From assembly GCA_052327205.1 (NCBI GenBank), contig CM126220.1:21638001-21702000 (forward strand): a DNA stretch of 64,000 nt. The letters are read 5' to 3'. The translations under genes were made by a program, and so were the position numbers. Positions 25,440 through 39,630 of this stretch are shown piece after piece; within the stretch, counting starts at the first letter, position 1; every line of letters starts with the position of its first letter. A model generated the notes under the pieces. That model did no database searches, was not told the origin of the DNA, and worked only from the letters and a program-made list of their open reading frames with translations. Source of the stretch: Somniosus microcephalus (lineage: Eukaryota).

Positions 25440-26700
25440 TATATACGCCTTTCATTTAGAAATAAGTGTCCCGAGATGCTTCACAAAAGTGTAACTGGGG
25501 GGTGGGGAATGGACACCAAGCCAAAGAATAAGATATTGGGATGACCAAAAGCTTCATCGAGGAGATGGTCAAGGAGCCTCTTGGAGAAGAGAGAGGTGGA
25601 GGGGTTATGCAGGAAATTCCAGGGTGTGGGGCCTCGTCGGGTGAAGGAGTGTTTGCCATTGTTAGGTGAAATGTTTTGAAGATGATAATGGCGGGTTTGG
25701 CAGGGAGTGGGACAGTACCGGAGGAGCGGGAACCATTTACAGTGTTAGCTAGCATAGGGGGAGGAGGGAAGTCGGGTGTTCAGCAATTTAGTGGGAATGG
25801 GGTCAAGGGAGCAGCAGGCAGGTCTCGGGCGAGATGAGCTCGGCAAAGGCATGAAAGGAAGGAGAGGGAAATTGGAGAAAGGCGCAGCCAGGACTGGGTG
25901 AGGGTTGGGGGGAGCGGGTGGAAGGTTAGGTTTGGAAGGCAAGTGAAGGAGCAGGGATAACTGAACAGATGGTCACAATCTTACTGACAAAGTTCATGAG
26001 CTCCTCGTGCTTTTATAGTGGGGGGCAGAGGAGATGGGATAAAGGAGACCTTTAGTAGTGAAGAAAAGAAGCTGGGGGGCTATCTTTGCTACCCAGGATG
26101 CCTTTGGAGTAGTGGGTGGTTTTGAAAGAGGCAAGTGAACTCCAATAGCTCTTGATCTGGCCCAGTCAGATCTGGTGGTTGGCTAAACTAGTAGTGTGCC
26201 AGCTATGCTCCAGTTTGCACCACTTGGGCTTGAGGGAGCAAAGGTCGGAGCCATTCCAGGATGTATGACTGGAGTGGGAGAGAATAAAATGATGCTGGGG
26301 ACAAGGGCATCAAAAGTAACGGAGAGAGTGCTTTAGCAAATCGACAGTTGCAGAAGTAGTGATTTTGAGGGTCAAAAGCTAGGCAGTTGGGAGTTGAAAG
26401 TACAGTTGTAAGTGACTTGGGGAATTTTTTTTTTCCCTGGGGCAGACATAAAAGGAAGTGGGGTTAGAAGGAGATACAAGGATATGGATGGTGAAAGATG
26501 CAAGGAATTAGTCTCGTCAGTGATTGAGAACATGGGGAGTAGAGAAGGGATAGGTGAGTGGGGTGGAATCAAGATGAAGTGTTCGAAGGTATCCGAGGTG
26601 TAGGGGGCAGAGACCAAGGTGTTACTTGGTGTTGAGGGCCACACCACTGCCATGGTTGTGTGGGCAGGGCAGGTGGTGGAAAATATAGTAAGCTATCACC
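25440..26700 (-). mobile_element. Degraded L2-type LINE
   Basis: CSLDPIPTKLL motif and L2 tail remnants. Confidence 0.55.
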
Positions 26701-27329
26701 ACCCATGATGCAAGTTTAAGTCAAAGCAAGGGTGTCAATGCAGTCCTCCATAATCAGATCGTAGATGACAAGGGCCTTGTTCTCAAGTGAATGGACATTT
26801 TGGAGGGATATATGGAGGCGGGTGATTTGTTGATTTGATCTGGCAGAGTTCAAAGAGGAAGTGGTGAGTGGGATGAGCAAATGGAACAGAGGTTGATGGA
26901 GCCAGCCTCCTCGCGGGTATGCTGGACAGGAAGGTCAGCAAGTGGATAGGATGGATCAGTTGGTAAGGAGGCAACGATGTGTGCCTCGATGGGCCCTTCT
27001 AAGAATGCTAAGAGAGGCACAGAGGGTAGCTGTGGGTTTATTCAAAGGTGATTCAAGCCTGGGATGGTGGCAGGAGAGTAGTGATGGCGGGGGGCGCAAA
27101 GTATTTATTTTCTCCTTTTTGGTAAGTGGTTAGATTCCCTGCTATGTTTGGACCAGAATGGGCCGTAACAGGTTTATGAGCATGTATCAGTCTTCTCCCC
27201 TTCATTGCTAAATGTATTAGAGTACAATGGACTGCCCTACCAGAGTCCAGTTGAGTGAAATTTCAAAACCAGTTGATGTAATTTGCTTGGGGAGGGAAAC
27301 TACAAACTCAAGTTGAGCTTTGGTTTTTT

Positions 27330-28455
27330 TTATTCATTGATGGGATGTGGGCGCCGCTGGCTAGGCCTGCATTTAGTGCCCATCCCTAATTGCCCTTGAG
27401 AAGATGGTGGTGAGCCGCCTTCTTGAACCGCTGCAGTCCATATGGTGTAGGTACACCCACAATGCTGTTAGGAAGGGAGTTCCAGGATTTTGGCCCAGCG
27501 ACAGTGAAGGAACGGCGATACAGGTCCAAGTCAAGATGGTGTGTGGCTTGGAGGGGAACTTGTAGGTGGTGATGTTCCCATGCGTCTGCTGCCCTTGTCC
27601 TTCTAAGTGGTAGAGGTCGTGGGTTTGGAAGGTGCTGTTGAAGGAGCTTTGGCGAGTTGCTGCAGTGCATCTTGTAGATGGTACACACTGCAGCCACAGT
27701 GCGCCGGTGGTGGAGGGAGTGAATGTTGAAGGTGGTGGATGGAGTGCCAATCAAGCGGGCTGCTTTATCCTGAATGGTGTCGAGCTTGCGTGTTGTTGGA
27801 GCTGCACTCATCCAGGCAAGTGGAGAGTATTCCATCACACTCCTGACTTGTGCCTTGTAGATGGTGGAAAGGCTTTGGGGAGTCAGGAGGTGAGACACTC
27901 GCCGCAGAATTCCCAGCCTCTGGCCTGCTCTTGTAGCCACAGTATTTATATGGCTGGTCCAGTTCAGTTTCTGATCAATGGTAACCCCCAGGATGTTGAT
28001 AGTGGGGGATTCAGTGATGGTAATGCCATTGAATGTCATGGGGAGATGGTTAGAGTCTCGCTTGTTGGAAATGGTCATTGTTGAAGATGGTCATTGCCTG
28101 GCACTTGTGTGGTGCGAATGTTACTTGCCACTTGTCAGCCCAAGTCTGAATGTTGTCCAGGTCTTGCTGCATATGGACACGGACTGCGTCAGTATCTGAC
28201 GAGTCTCGAATGGTGCTGAACAGTGTGCAATCATCAGGGAACATCCCCACTTCTGACCTTATGATGGAGGGAAGGTCATTGATGAAACAGCTGAAGATGG
28301 TTGGGCCTAGGACACTGCCCTGAGGAACTCCTGCAGTGATGTCATGTGATTGAGATGAATAACCTCCAACAACCACAGCCAACTTCATTTGTGCTAGGTA
28401 TGATTCCAACCAATGGAGAGTTTTCCCCTTGATTCCCATTGACTTCAGTTTTGTT
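27330..28455 (-). mobile_element. CR1/L2-group LINE RT and 3' end
   Basis: GVPQGSVLGPTIFSCFINDL, FPDD, LGVTID, IYKAQVRSVMEY. Confidence 0.88.
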
Positions 28456-31400
28456 AGCAGGGTTATGTAGTTATAACTGATATATTGCTGTAACAATCAG
28501 TGTCAATTCATTTAGCTTCTGCTAATTCCCAATATATCTGCTCACATGGGAGACCCAATATGAGGGCTATGAATTTGAACAATTTTTTCAAACATCCAGC
28601 ATGATGGTGCTCCTTGTAAACTTGTTAGTCAGCTAGGAATCCTTTTCAAATCAAAATGACTTTTTAAAACTTAAAAAAGACATTTGTAGGAAAAGTGAGC
28701 AGACAGTGGTATTCCAGAGTAGCATGGTTACAGATGTGTGGATTTTAACAATACAGTAAATGCTTTTTAAAAAAGAAAATTCTACTTTCTGCCTAATGCA
28801 GTATGATTCAAATGATGGTAACAGAGGCTTGTACACACATGGACATTGACTCCCTGGGGCCAAGTACAGGCCACGTTTCAATCAGTTGACTGCCTGTGCT
28901 GTCTATAGCTGAAATGTACACTTCTGTTGTACAGTTTAAAGTTCTCTTTCCCACCCCCCTCCCCTTTGCTTTTCGTCACCCTATTTCTTTATAAAACAGT
29001 GTGGGTAATTCTCCTCAGTTAGGATCCATGCTTCTCATTAATCAGCTCACCAGAAGGTGTTGTTCCACCGCAGTACTGGACTTTCGTTGAGCTGTAAGCC
29101 GTTCAGCCTTGATTTCAACCTGGGGAGATGGCGTCTCCTGGTCAAGTGCTTAAAACGCGGGTGCTCCCATATTGTTAACCCTAGTGGATGCTAGATTTAA
29201 ACATTGTAGTCACTTTTTGCTGCCTCGAGCAAATTGCAGCAGTTTCAAAAGCCATCTGTTAAAACTTGTACATGAGTTTCTCTATTCCAGCCCATAAATG
29301 AATAACACACTCTCCAAGACAAAAACCGCGTCCTTTGTGTGTTGGGTAGATGGCTGGATGGTTGCTTGCTGTACCGGAACGCATCAGCTGCTTCTACTTT
29401 TAATCAGTTTTTCTCTCGTGTATTGACAATAGCTTGAGGTAGGATTTCAGTGTCCTTTGGAGAACTTTTTTTTATTTTGTTTATGTATACATACAGCAAA
29501 ATGGTATTGCTAGAGGGCAAGAAAAATTAGCTATTGGCAGTGATAACCAGCAGCAAAAATGTACTACCTAGGAGAACAAATTAGATTCCAGTAATGGAAA
29601 GCATCTCTCAATCCTGAAAGAGGCAAAGGAAATTGAGCTTGACCTGCAGTAACCTTCTGACTGCAGCAGTGTGATCTAATTGGATCGGACTGTCGATACT
29701 GTACTGACGGATTAGTGGAGTACGGTATTGCGATTTAAGTGTCCCAGTTGGATGATCCCTCCTTTGTTGGAAAGTTTTTTTTTTGCAAGAGATTTTGGAG
29801 AGTTCCTTAATACAAAAATAAAGTCTGCCGTATATCGAGCATTAAATCATGCAGCAAATCCAGATGTTTGCGGGGCAAAGCTGTTTCTTCGAAAAATGCA
29901 ACGGAAAGCAGATGCCCGACCCCCCACTCCACCACAGGTTCAAACAGTCAGAGACTGCCTTTGAAGACAATGCACCACCCCAAGCAATGTTTTGACCTAG
30001 ATGTGGTTGTATTTAGGTAGCCTTGATGTCAAGGTGGCGTACAATGCTGCAGTGGATACTGAGTGAATGGTTCCAAGAGTCGGGCTGTATTACGCTGTAG
30101 ACAGGATGTGGAGAGGGAGAACTGCTGCACACTATAGGGTTTTAACATTTTAATTTAAAATTGGGTGTGAAAAAAAATTGCTCTGCAAAATTAAATGTCT
30201 TCTGCAGTCATTAAGGGCCTTAAATCTTTACGTTGTCTCTTTATCCATCTGCTTATTATTTCACTCTCTTGTGCAAGCTTTCTTTAATTTTATTCAGTGA
30301 GGGGAATTGAAGCTCATTTTTCTGTTTGATGCTTCTATAGCCTTTCTCCCCTTCAGATTCTTCTGGCACCGTTTCTTTCTGTATTCTGCTTATTGATCAG
30401 TGCCTTTTTTTAATGTGTCCTTTACATTGCTCTGCTTTTCCATACAGCTATCTAAGTCTACTAATGCTGGATTGAATTTGTACTAAAGTGGTAGATTCCA
30501 ATAGCGAGGGTTGCAGGAACTAGGCAGAGGAGTTCTATCCCTGCTGTCTCTTCTGCCCTGCTGTGATGGCCTCAAATTGAAAATGGTGCATTTAACATGA
30601 GATACACTTTGCAAGCTGGCAGGGTGGGTCGGGGGTCGGGGGGGACACACCGCATACTAAGAATCTCCCCTCTCCTGCTGAACATTTTCATTTATTAAAA
30701 ATTGTTAACTTAACCCAAAACAAAATTCCCAGAAAGGAAGGCCATCTAGGTGCATTCACACTCCAACTGTCCTGTTGGTACCATGGTGATTTTGCCTGAA
30801 TCCAGAATCTGGGCCCTGACCTGACCAGACAAGTGTGAAGATGAATGTGCCCCGGAGAAGGCAGTGTCACTCCACTCCTCCGTTTTGCTTCAGAGTCCAT
30901 CTGAGCATGGATGACTTTGTTTGTTTAAGCTGAGTTTAGCATCAGTGTGAAGCTAAAAACAGCTTTGCACCAACGATACCTGTCTGTGGAAACACCACAG
31001 GGGATGGGGGGGGGTCTCCAGACCTGCTGTAACCTTGGCAGGAGACTGGTGGAATCCCCGGCGAGAGAGTAACTGGCTGAACATGGCCATTCTCTAGGGG
31101 TTCTGCTGAAGTTAGTGCAGACAATCCTATGAGTAGCTGAAGTTAACACACAGGTTGAGCAATAAGTGAGGAAACACACAATGAAGAGAATTTCACTAAT
31201 GGTAATAGAAGCTGGCCTGTTTTTGTTTTTCAGTTTATGGGTAGACAATGACTCATTTCTGGCTAGTTGACTGAGGTTTTCTACGGCTGGGATAAGTAAT
31301 GTTTATTGAATAATCTGCATTTATTTAGGTTTTCTGTTGTGTACATCCGACATTTGTTGTATCTAATGGAAAAAGGAAAAATTGATAAACAGTGTTTCAG

Positions 31401-31659
31401 AAACTGGAGCTAAATAAGATAATTTATGGTGGAATCAGTAGCTGTGGAAGTAGTTAGGAATGCTGAGGGATTACAAGATCACTGGATGTGATCCAGGAAC
31501 AAATGGTCACAAGCCTGCAATATAACATACATTCTGTCCCTAAGACATGGAATGCATCCTGTCTCTGGCTCTTGCCCCATTCACCATGATCCCGGAATCC
31601 AGCTTTTGGGGTCGTGGGGTGGAGTGGCTATATGCAAACCACTGAATACAAACAATTCA

Positions 31660-33990
31660 TGAACAGATAGATTGGCAGCTAACATAAAAGGGAATCCAAA
31701 CGTCTTCTATCGGCATATAAATAGTAAACGAGTAGTAAGAGGAGGGGTGGGGCCAAATATGGACTAAAATGGAAACCTACGCATGGAGGCAGAGGGCATG
31801 GCTAAGGTACCAAATGAGTACTTTGCATTTGTCTTTACCAAGGAAGAAGATGCTGCCAAAGTCATCGTGAAAGTGGAGGTAGTTGAGATACTGGATGGGA
31901 TAAAATTGATAAAGTGGAGATACTAGAAATGCTGGCTGTACTTAAAGTAGATAAGTCACCAGGACCAGATGGGATGCATCCTAGGATGTTGAGGGAGGCA
32001 AGCGTGGAAATTGTGGAGGTACTTGCTATAATCTTCCAATCCTCCTTGGATACGGGGGTGATGCCAGAGGACTGGAGAAAATATTACACCCTTGTTCAAA
32101 AAAGGGTGCAAGAATAAACCCAGCAACTACAGGCCAGCCAGTTTAACCTCGGTAATGGGGAAACTTTTAGAAATGATAATCCAGGACAAAATTAACAGTC
32201 ACATGGGCAAGTGTGGATTAATTAAGGAAAGCCTGCGTGTATTTGTTAAAGGCAAATCGTGTTTAACTAACTTGATTGAGTTTTTTGATGAGGGTAATGC
32301 GGTTGGTGTGGTGCGCATGGACTTCCAAAAGGCGTTTGATAAAGTGCCACTTAATAGTCTTGCCAGCAAAGTTGAAGCCCATGGAATAAAAGGGACAGTG
32401 GCAGCATGGATAAGAAATTGGCTAAGTGACGAAACAAAGAGTAGTGGTGAATGGTTGGTTGTTTATCGGACTGGAGGAAGGACACAGTAGTGTTCCCCAT
32501 GGGTCGGTACTAGGACCACCGCTTTTCTTGATATATATTGATTTCTTAGACTTGGGTGTACAGGGCACAATTTCAATTTGCAGATGATCTAGAGGGAGTG
32601 CAACGAAGGTTCACGAGATTGATTCCTGGGATGGCGGGACCGTCGTATTAGAAGAGATTGAGTAAACTAGGCCTGTATTTTCTTGAATTCAGAAGAATGA
32701 GAGGGGATCTCATTGAAGCATAAAAAATTATTACAGGGCTTGATGGGGTGGATGCTGGGAGAATATTTCCCTTGGCTGGGGAGTCTAGAACCAGGGGCCA
32801 CAGCCTCAGGATAAAGGGTAGGCCATTCAGGACTGAGATGAGAAGACATTTCTTCAGAGGGTGGTGAATTTTTGGAATTCTCTACCCCAGAGGGCTGTGG
32901 AGGTTCAGTCATTGGGTATATTCAAAACAGAAGTCGATAGATTTCTGACTAGTAAAGGCATCAAGGGATATGGTGATAGGGCCGGTGAATGGAATTGAGG
33001 CAGAAGATCAGCCATGATCTCATTGAATGGCAGAGCAGGCTCGGAGGGCCGAATGGCCTACTCCTGCTCCTATTTCTTATGTTCTTATGACACAAAACTT
33101 GGAAGTATAGTGAACAGTGAGGAGGATACTGATAGACTTCAAGAGGACATAAACAGGCTGGTGGAATGGGCGGACACCTGGCAGATGAAATTTAATGCAG
33201 AAAAGTGCAAAGTGATACATTTTGGTAGGAAAAAGGAGGAGAGGCAATATAAACGAAAGGGTTCAATTCTAAAGGGGGTGCATGAACAGAGACCTGGGGG
33301 TATATGTGCACAAATCGCTGAAGGTGGCAGGGCAGATTGAGAAAGCGGTTAAAAAAACATACAGGATCCTGGGCTTCTTAAATAGAGTTAAGAGTTACAA
33401 AAGCAAGGAAGTTATGATGAACCTTTATAAAACACCGGTTCGGCCTCAACTGGAGTATTGTGTCCAATTCTGAGCATCGCACGAATGTGAAGGCCTTGGA
33501 GAGGGTGCAGAAAAGATTTACAAGAATGGTTCCAGGGATGAGGGATTTCAGTTACGTGGATAGACTGGAGAAGCTGGGGTTGTTCTCCTTCGAGCAGAGA
33601 AGGTTGAGAGGAGATTTGATAGAGGTGCTCAAAATCATGAGGGGTCTAGACAGAGTAGATAGAGGGAAGCTGTTCCCATTGGCGGAAGGGTCGAGAACCA
33701 GAGGGGACAGATTCAAGGTGATTGGCAGAAGAACCAAAGGCGACATGAGGACAAACCTTTTTACGCAGCGAGTGGTTAGGATCTGGAATGCACTGCCTGA
33801 AAGGGCGGTGGAGGCAGATTCAATCGTGGCTTTCAAAAGGGAGTTGAATAAGTACCTGAAGGAAAAAAAATTGCAGGGCTACGGAGAAAGGGCGGGGGAG
33901 TGGGACTAGCTGAACTGCTCTTGCAGAGAGCCGGCACGGGCTCGACGGGCCGAATGGCGGCCTCCTGTGCTGTAACCATGCTATGATAAC
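31660..33990 (+). mobile_element. CR1 LINE ORF2 (RT to 3' end) with a nested CR1
   Basis: DKSPGPDGMHPR, NYRPASLTS, DFQKAFDKVP; a second CR1 3' end occupies ~32589-33087. Confidence 0.9.
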
Positions 33991-34019
33991 CTGTTTGATT
34001 TTTGTCCTTGGATTACATT

Positions 34020-34222
34020 GTCAGCTTGCCTCAGTGGTAGCACACTGGATTGGGTCAGAAGGTTGTGCATTCAAGTCCTAATGCAGGACATGAGCACCAG
34101 GTTGAAACTTGAATGGACTGCTGCTTTATTGGAGATGCCGTTTTTCAGATGAGACACTGATGGGGTCTTGTCTACCTCTTCAATTGGCTATAAAAGATCC
34201 AGCCGCATTTTTTTTTGAAGAG
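34020..34222 (+). mobile_element. Degraded Deu-SINE 5' part
   Basis: ctcagtggtagcac...ggtcagaaggttgtgcattcaagtc...gccgtttttcagatgagac. Confidence 0.5.
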
Positions 34223-35924
34223 CAGATGGAGCTTTATCAGCAGAACCAATCATGATGTGAGCTGGTGGGGTGGGGCGAGAAGCTGGAAGGTCTGACATTA
34301 GCCCAGCTGGCTACAAATATTCAGATTTTCCTTCTGGTGCTTTAACATGCTGTGCCTCCGTGTAACTCAAACATTTTGGATTTTCATGAACATGATGGGA
34401 ATGTTATACACATCTTGCAATTAGCAAACATGGATTTTTGCCTGTGTTGAAATTTGAACTTTTATTTTGTATTGGTAGAAGCAGCAGGTAATGGTCACAG
34501 CATTTTTTCAGAACAGAACCATTCAGAAGAAGGATTGCTTGCAAAGGACTCTACAAGGTGCTAATTTATGGGACAATTACTGTACAATGACTTATCTAAA
34601 ATGTTAATTGGTTAATCAAGCCCGGACCATTACGTTCAGTTGCAAACATTTTTGCTATTAAGTGTTGGCTGTCTATTCAATATTGACGAATGGCTGTTTG
34701 ATCTCCTATAAAGAAAGCCGGATTGCAATTCTATGGATAGTCTGTTTCTATTGAGGGGCAGTGTGCAGTTTGAGTCCTGCAGCGAACAGCTACAGAACAG
34801 CTTTGTTCTAAGTTTAACTCACCTGGCTAGAGTCGAGCCATATAAACTGCCATGTAAAGTTGCTGTTTCGAGGCAAAGTAAATATTTTTATTATTTTCAC
34901 GTATCGATCAATGAGGATAGAGAAATGTGCACTTCACACACAATGTTTACTGTTCATTTGTTTTACGTAGATTAAACCACATGGTTCAACACCTGGCTCA
35001 TCAGTAATAGTTTGTGTGCAGTCTGCTTGAGAAGAGAATCGTATATGGCGGCATGTGATGCATTATACTAGTAGGTATGCAGAGTTAAGGGTTCTCTGTC
35101 ACAATCCCTGGATCTTGCTACTATTCACCTAAATATTAGGCAGAAAAGATGTACTCTGGATCATTAAGGATGCAAGGTTAGCTTGCTAAGCCTGAGAAAA
35201 TATCTAGTGTATGTGCTGCACTGATCTTACAATTTTGTGTATGTCCATCTCCCACCCACCCTGCTGGGCATAATAACTCCAGGCTAGTTCCCCATCCTAA
35301 TATTGGTAGCATTGACTGTTGAGACACGCATTTGACATAGAATAGGGTTAGTAATCCTTTGTAACATTCTAATTTTATTTTTATAAAGGGAATACTGGCG
35401 ATGAGATGCTCTAATGTGGAATTGACTCTTGCATTTTGCCTGATGCACATCTGCCAATGCACTTTATTATGGTTATGTTTATGTTAATGTATTACAAGCC
35501 AAATGTATGTGGAATGTTTAAATGTCTTAATCTAAATGTACACTCTCGGGAGCCGCAAGCCTACATTTCGTTGTACTGCACTTGTGCACAAACAATGACA
35601 ATAAAAGTTGATTTGATTTGATTACTATCTTGATTTCCTTTTATGACCTTAATGTATGGGATGGAAGACATTAATCCTTTATTCTATGATCATTGTATAG
35701 CTGCTTATAGCTCCTGCAAAAGCTGCTTTTCAAATATTTCTCTTTTTGATAATGGTGTCTTAACGCCTCAGGGGCACATTTTTGTTCAAATGGAATTTTA
35801 AATGGAAAAAACTGCGCACGCACGATAATTTAAATGGGCCACGCAGCCCATTAAAGGGGCCGTGCGCCCAATGGGATCCCCATGGCATTTTATTTTCTAA
35901 CCAGAGAAACATTACTGGCAAGAT

Positions 35925-36465
35925 TTAATTCTCGCCTTATCTGAGGAAGGATGTTCTTGCCATGGAGGGAGTGCAGCGAAGATTCACCTGACTGATACCT
36001 GGGATGGCAGGAATGACGTATGAAGAGAGATTGGGTTGATTAGGCTTATATTCGCTAGAGTTTAGAAGAATGAGGGGGGATCTCATTGAAACATAAAATT
36101 CTAACAGGACTAGACAGACTAGATGCAGGAAGGATGTTCCCGATGGCCGGGGAGTCCAGAACCAGGGGTCACAGTCTAAGGATAAGGGGTAAGCCATTTA
36201 GGACAGAGATGAGGAGGAATTTCTTCAGCCAGAGAGTGGTGAACCTGTGGAATTCTCTACCACAGAAGACAGTTGAGGCCAATTCATTAAATATATTCAA
36301 GAAGGAGTTAGATATATTTCTTAAGGCTAAGGAGAATCAAGGGATATGGGGAGAAAGCAGGGACCGGATACTGAATTTGGATGATCAGCCATGATCTCAT
36401 TAAATGGCGGAGCAGGCTCGAGGGGCCGAATGGCCTACTCCTGATCCTCTCTTCTATGTTTCTAT
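35925..36465 (+). mobile_element. CR1 LINE 3' end
   Basis: Same family as 4105-4610 and 20276-21150. Confidence 0.88.
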
Positions 36466-36544
36466 TCTAGTTTTCATTTTTCATGGGACATTTCATTCCG
36501 AGTTGTCTATCTGGGTATCAAAGCAGCTTAATGAACAGGTTTAA

Positions 36545-36642
36545 AATAAAAACAGAAAATGCTGGAAATACTTAGCAGGTCAGGCAGCATCTGTGGAGAG
36601 TGAAACCGAGTTAACGTTTCCGGTCGATGATCCTTCGTCAGA
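36545..36642 (-). mobile_element. Short non-autonomous Penelope-pLTR-like element carrying a hammerhead motif
   Basis: Minus strand CTGACGA-AGGATCATCGACCG-GAAA-CGTTAACTC followed by cacagatgctgcctgacctgct...ttccagcattttctg, similar to the 3' UTR of the Penelope elements. Confidence 0.65.
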
Positions 36643-38741
36643 TAATGAACAGGCTGTCTGTTGTCTCAAATGACATTTGAGCATTGGATAGAAAAATAGT
36701 GGTTCAGTGGAGTTGTTGGAGAAAGGTTGTTGCCTATAATTCCCCACATGGGAGGTCCCTGATTATCTGGGGTGCCATGAAGCCGAGCTGCAGGGCAGAA
36801 TTTAGAGTACGTTGCCACAAAGAGAAAATCAGAGGGTGAATTTTGCTCGTGCACTGCCTAATGTGTTCAAAAATAATCTTGGCAGAAACTTGGAGAAAGT
36901 CACTTGGCAGCCCCCAAGAAAATGATGGGGTAAGATGAAGGTGGGACGCAGCTCGTGTGGAGCATAAACACCAGCATAGACCTGTTGGGCCGAATGGCTT
37001 GTTTCTGTGCTGTAAAATTCTATGTAATTGAGCATAGCTCTCTTTGAAAAGTGCTGGAAAGTCTCTTCCCCCCCCCGGCAGAAATTTTTCTGTGGAACTA
37101 TTCAGTTTACTCCTCAGTAGCTAGACCTTCAGTGCTGACAACCTAGTTAGCCTGAGTCCTACCAAATCAGAACCACTTCTCCTCCTGGAGCCTTCACCCT
37201 GCACATCAACCTCCATTTTATTAGGATCAGCCTTGAAAATGGAGAGCACCTGGGACTATCATGATGCATGTCTAATTCCTAGCATCCCACATGCTCGCCA
37301 TCTAGGACAACACATCTCCAAGACCAGGATCCCAGTGACTCACCACTTCCAGAGAATGGCTCTTTCAGGGAGTAATGCCACCTAAGTCTGTTTGTGAACT
37401 GAAATATTAGATCCTCTGTTTATGTATCTACAATATGTATTGTACTAAAACTATTTGCAGTTTAAAAAAAAAGAAACTAGAGAGTGGTTGAGTACCAACT
37501 AAAATGAATAATCATCCCTTTCAAATGTTGGATGGGTTGGTGCTGACCTCACAGCACCATGGAGGGATGTGAACTCACTCCATTGAGCGCCGAATCTTCT
37601 CTGTATTGGCGGCCTGCAAATAAGTTGCTATTGTTGGAATGTAATACACTATCACCCAAAACGATCACACTTTCGTGGGGCTGTACAACAGAGATTCTTG
37701 CTTGCAAGTTCCTGTTTTGGGGAGGTAACTTCACCTCGAGGGAAAATTACATTGTAAATAAAATTGTGCCGTTGTCGTGCATTCTCTAACAGCTGATAGC
37801 AGCATTGCCAAAGACCTGGCAGCAGTTTGTTTCACTTCTTACTTTTAGAATAAATGCGGTGTTAGGGCCGTGCAACCTGTACAATTGCACTGGGCCCTGA
37901 GCAGATCCACTCCCCAAGGTACACGCCACCCCTGCTTTAGGAGGAGGGGAACGAGGCACTTTAAAAGTCTGAAAAGAATCGATTTTGTTTTCATGTTTTC
38001 TCACACTGGTACGCATGCGAAGTGGTTCCGACATGGCAAGGTGGTTTTGTAGAATTCCCTGAATAATTGTTGGTGATAGTGAAATGTAAAAAGATGGTTA
38101 TTGCAAAGAAGTTGGTGATAACCAGCATTGAGGAGATGCCTTTGATGTGAATGAGTTGGAACATCTTGTGACAATTGCAGGTTAGGCTTGTATGTCAATT
38201 AAAAGTCGTGCTTACTCAGTTCTGAGAAGTATTCCGTGAACTTTATTGTAAACTAAATTGGATGATCAGATAATTTACCTGAAGCACGTGCAGAATCTTT
38301 GATCAGCAATTAGTCAAGATGAATACGGAGTGTTTAAACTGCTAATACAAATCTGCAGCGTATTAACTTTACTGTAATTGTGTTGTGTTGCAACGTTAAT
38401 GAAATCTTTTTTTTATCTTTGAGCGTCTGCATGGTTGTCTAACGTTAAAACTGGTTAAGACGTGTGAAAAATACAGGTTGGGGTTGTGATTATCTCAAAC
38501 CACCATTGTTGTCTAAGATGTTAGGCTGTTAAGATTCTGCTTGCTTTAGAATCTTTTAAGAATTGCTTTATAACTGCAAACGGGGAAGTAACCTTAAAAC
38601 ACAATAACCTCTGGTTGGCCTTTCAGCTGTAACACCGATATATGCTGTGTGCAGTCTGCTCCATAGGAAGATGGCTTATAGAATTGAATGAAAAGGAGAT
38701 GGAAGAACGGTGTCTCAGTCAATCATCGTAGTTCCTTAATA

Positions 38742-38956
38742 ACAACAGAAAATGCTGGAAAAACTCAGCAGGCCAGGCAACATCCGTGGAGAGAAATTAG
38801 AGTTGACGTTTCGGGTCGAAACCCTTTTTCAAAACTGGAAAGGAAATAAAATAGATCGAAGTCAGGGCTGCAATAGAACAAAAGAAGTAAAAGAGACATT
38901 AAGAGGTATTCAAAACCAGACGAGATGCTGGTAACCAGCATCTGCAGTATTTTGCT
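38742..38956 (-). mobile_element. Degraded copy of the same hammerhead-bearing short element
   Basis: aacagaaaatgctggaaaaactcagcagg...agttgacgtttcgggtcgaaaccc; ribozyme core mutated. Confidence 0.5.
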
Positions 38957-39009
38957 ATCGTCGTAGTTCCTTGTCTTGCAAACTGCCACTGTGTTAAGTA
39001 GTATTTTGC

Positions 39010-39630
39010 CTGAGGAAGGGAGTGTTTGAAGACCAGGACCTCAAACCCAACACTAAGCTCATGGTCTACAGAGCAGCAGTGATACCCACCCTGCTGTATG
39101 CCTCCGAGACATGGGCCATGTACAGCAGGCACCTCCAAAGCACTGGAGAGGTACCACCATCGCTGCCTCCGCAAGATCCTGCAAATCCATTGGCAGGATA
39201 GGTGTACCAACGTCCGTGTTCTTGCTCAGGCCAACATCCCCAGCATTAAAACTTTGACCACGCTCGATCAGCTCCAATGGATGGGTCACATCGTCTGCAT
39301 GCCCGATACGAGACTCCCAAAACAAGCGCTCTACTCGGAGCTCTGGCACGGCAAGAGAGCCCCAGGTGGGCAGAGGAAACGCTTCAAGGACACCCTCAAA
39401 GCCTCCTTGAAAAAGTGTAACATCCCCACCGACACCTGGGAATCCCTGGCCCAAGACCGCACAAAGTGGAGGAGAAGCATCCGGGAAGGCGCCGAACACA
39501 TCGAGTCTCTTCGCTGGGAGCAAGCAGAAGCCAAGCGCAGGCAGTGCAAGGAGCGCACGTCAACCCAAGCACCCCGCCCCTTCAACCACCGTCTGCCCCA
39601 CCTGTGACAGAGGCTGTCGGTCCACAATCT
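39010..39630 (+). mobile_element. RTE-clade (BovB-like) LINE 3' fragment
   Basis: LERYHHRCLRKILQIHWQD...WMGHIV.MPDTRLPKQALYSEL..GKR.PGGQRKRFKD. Confidence 0.82.
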
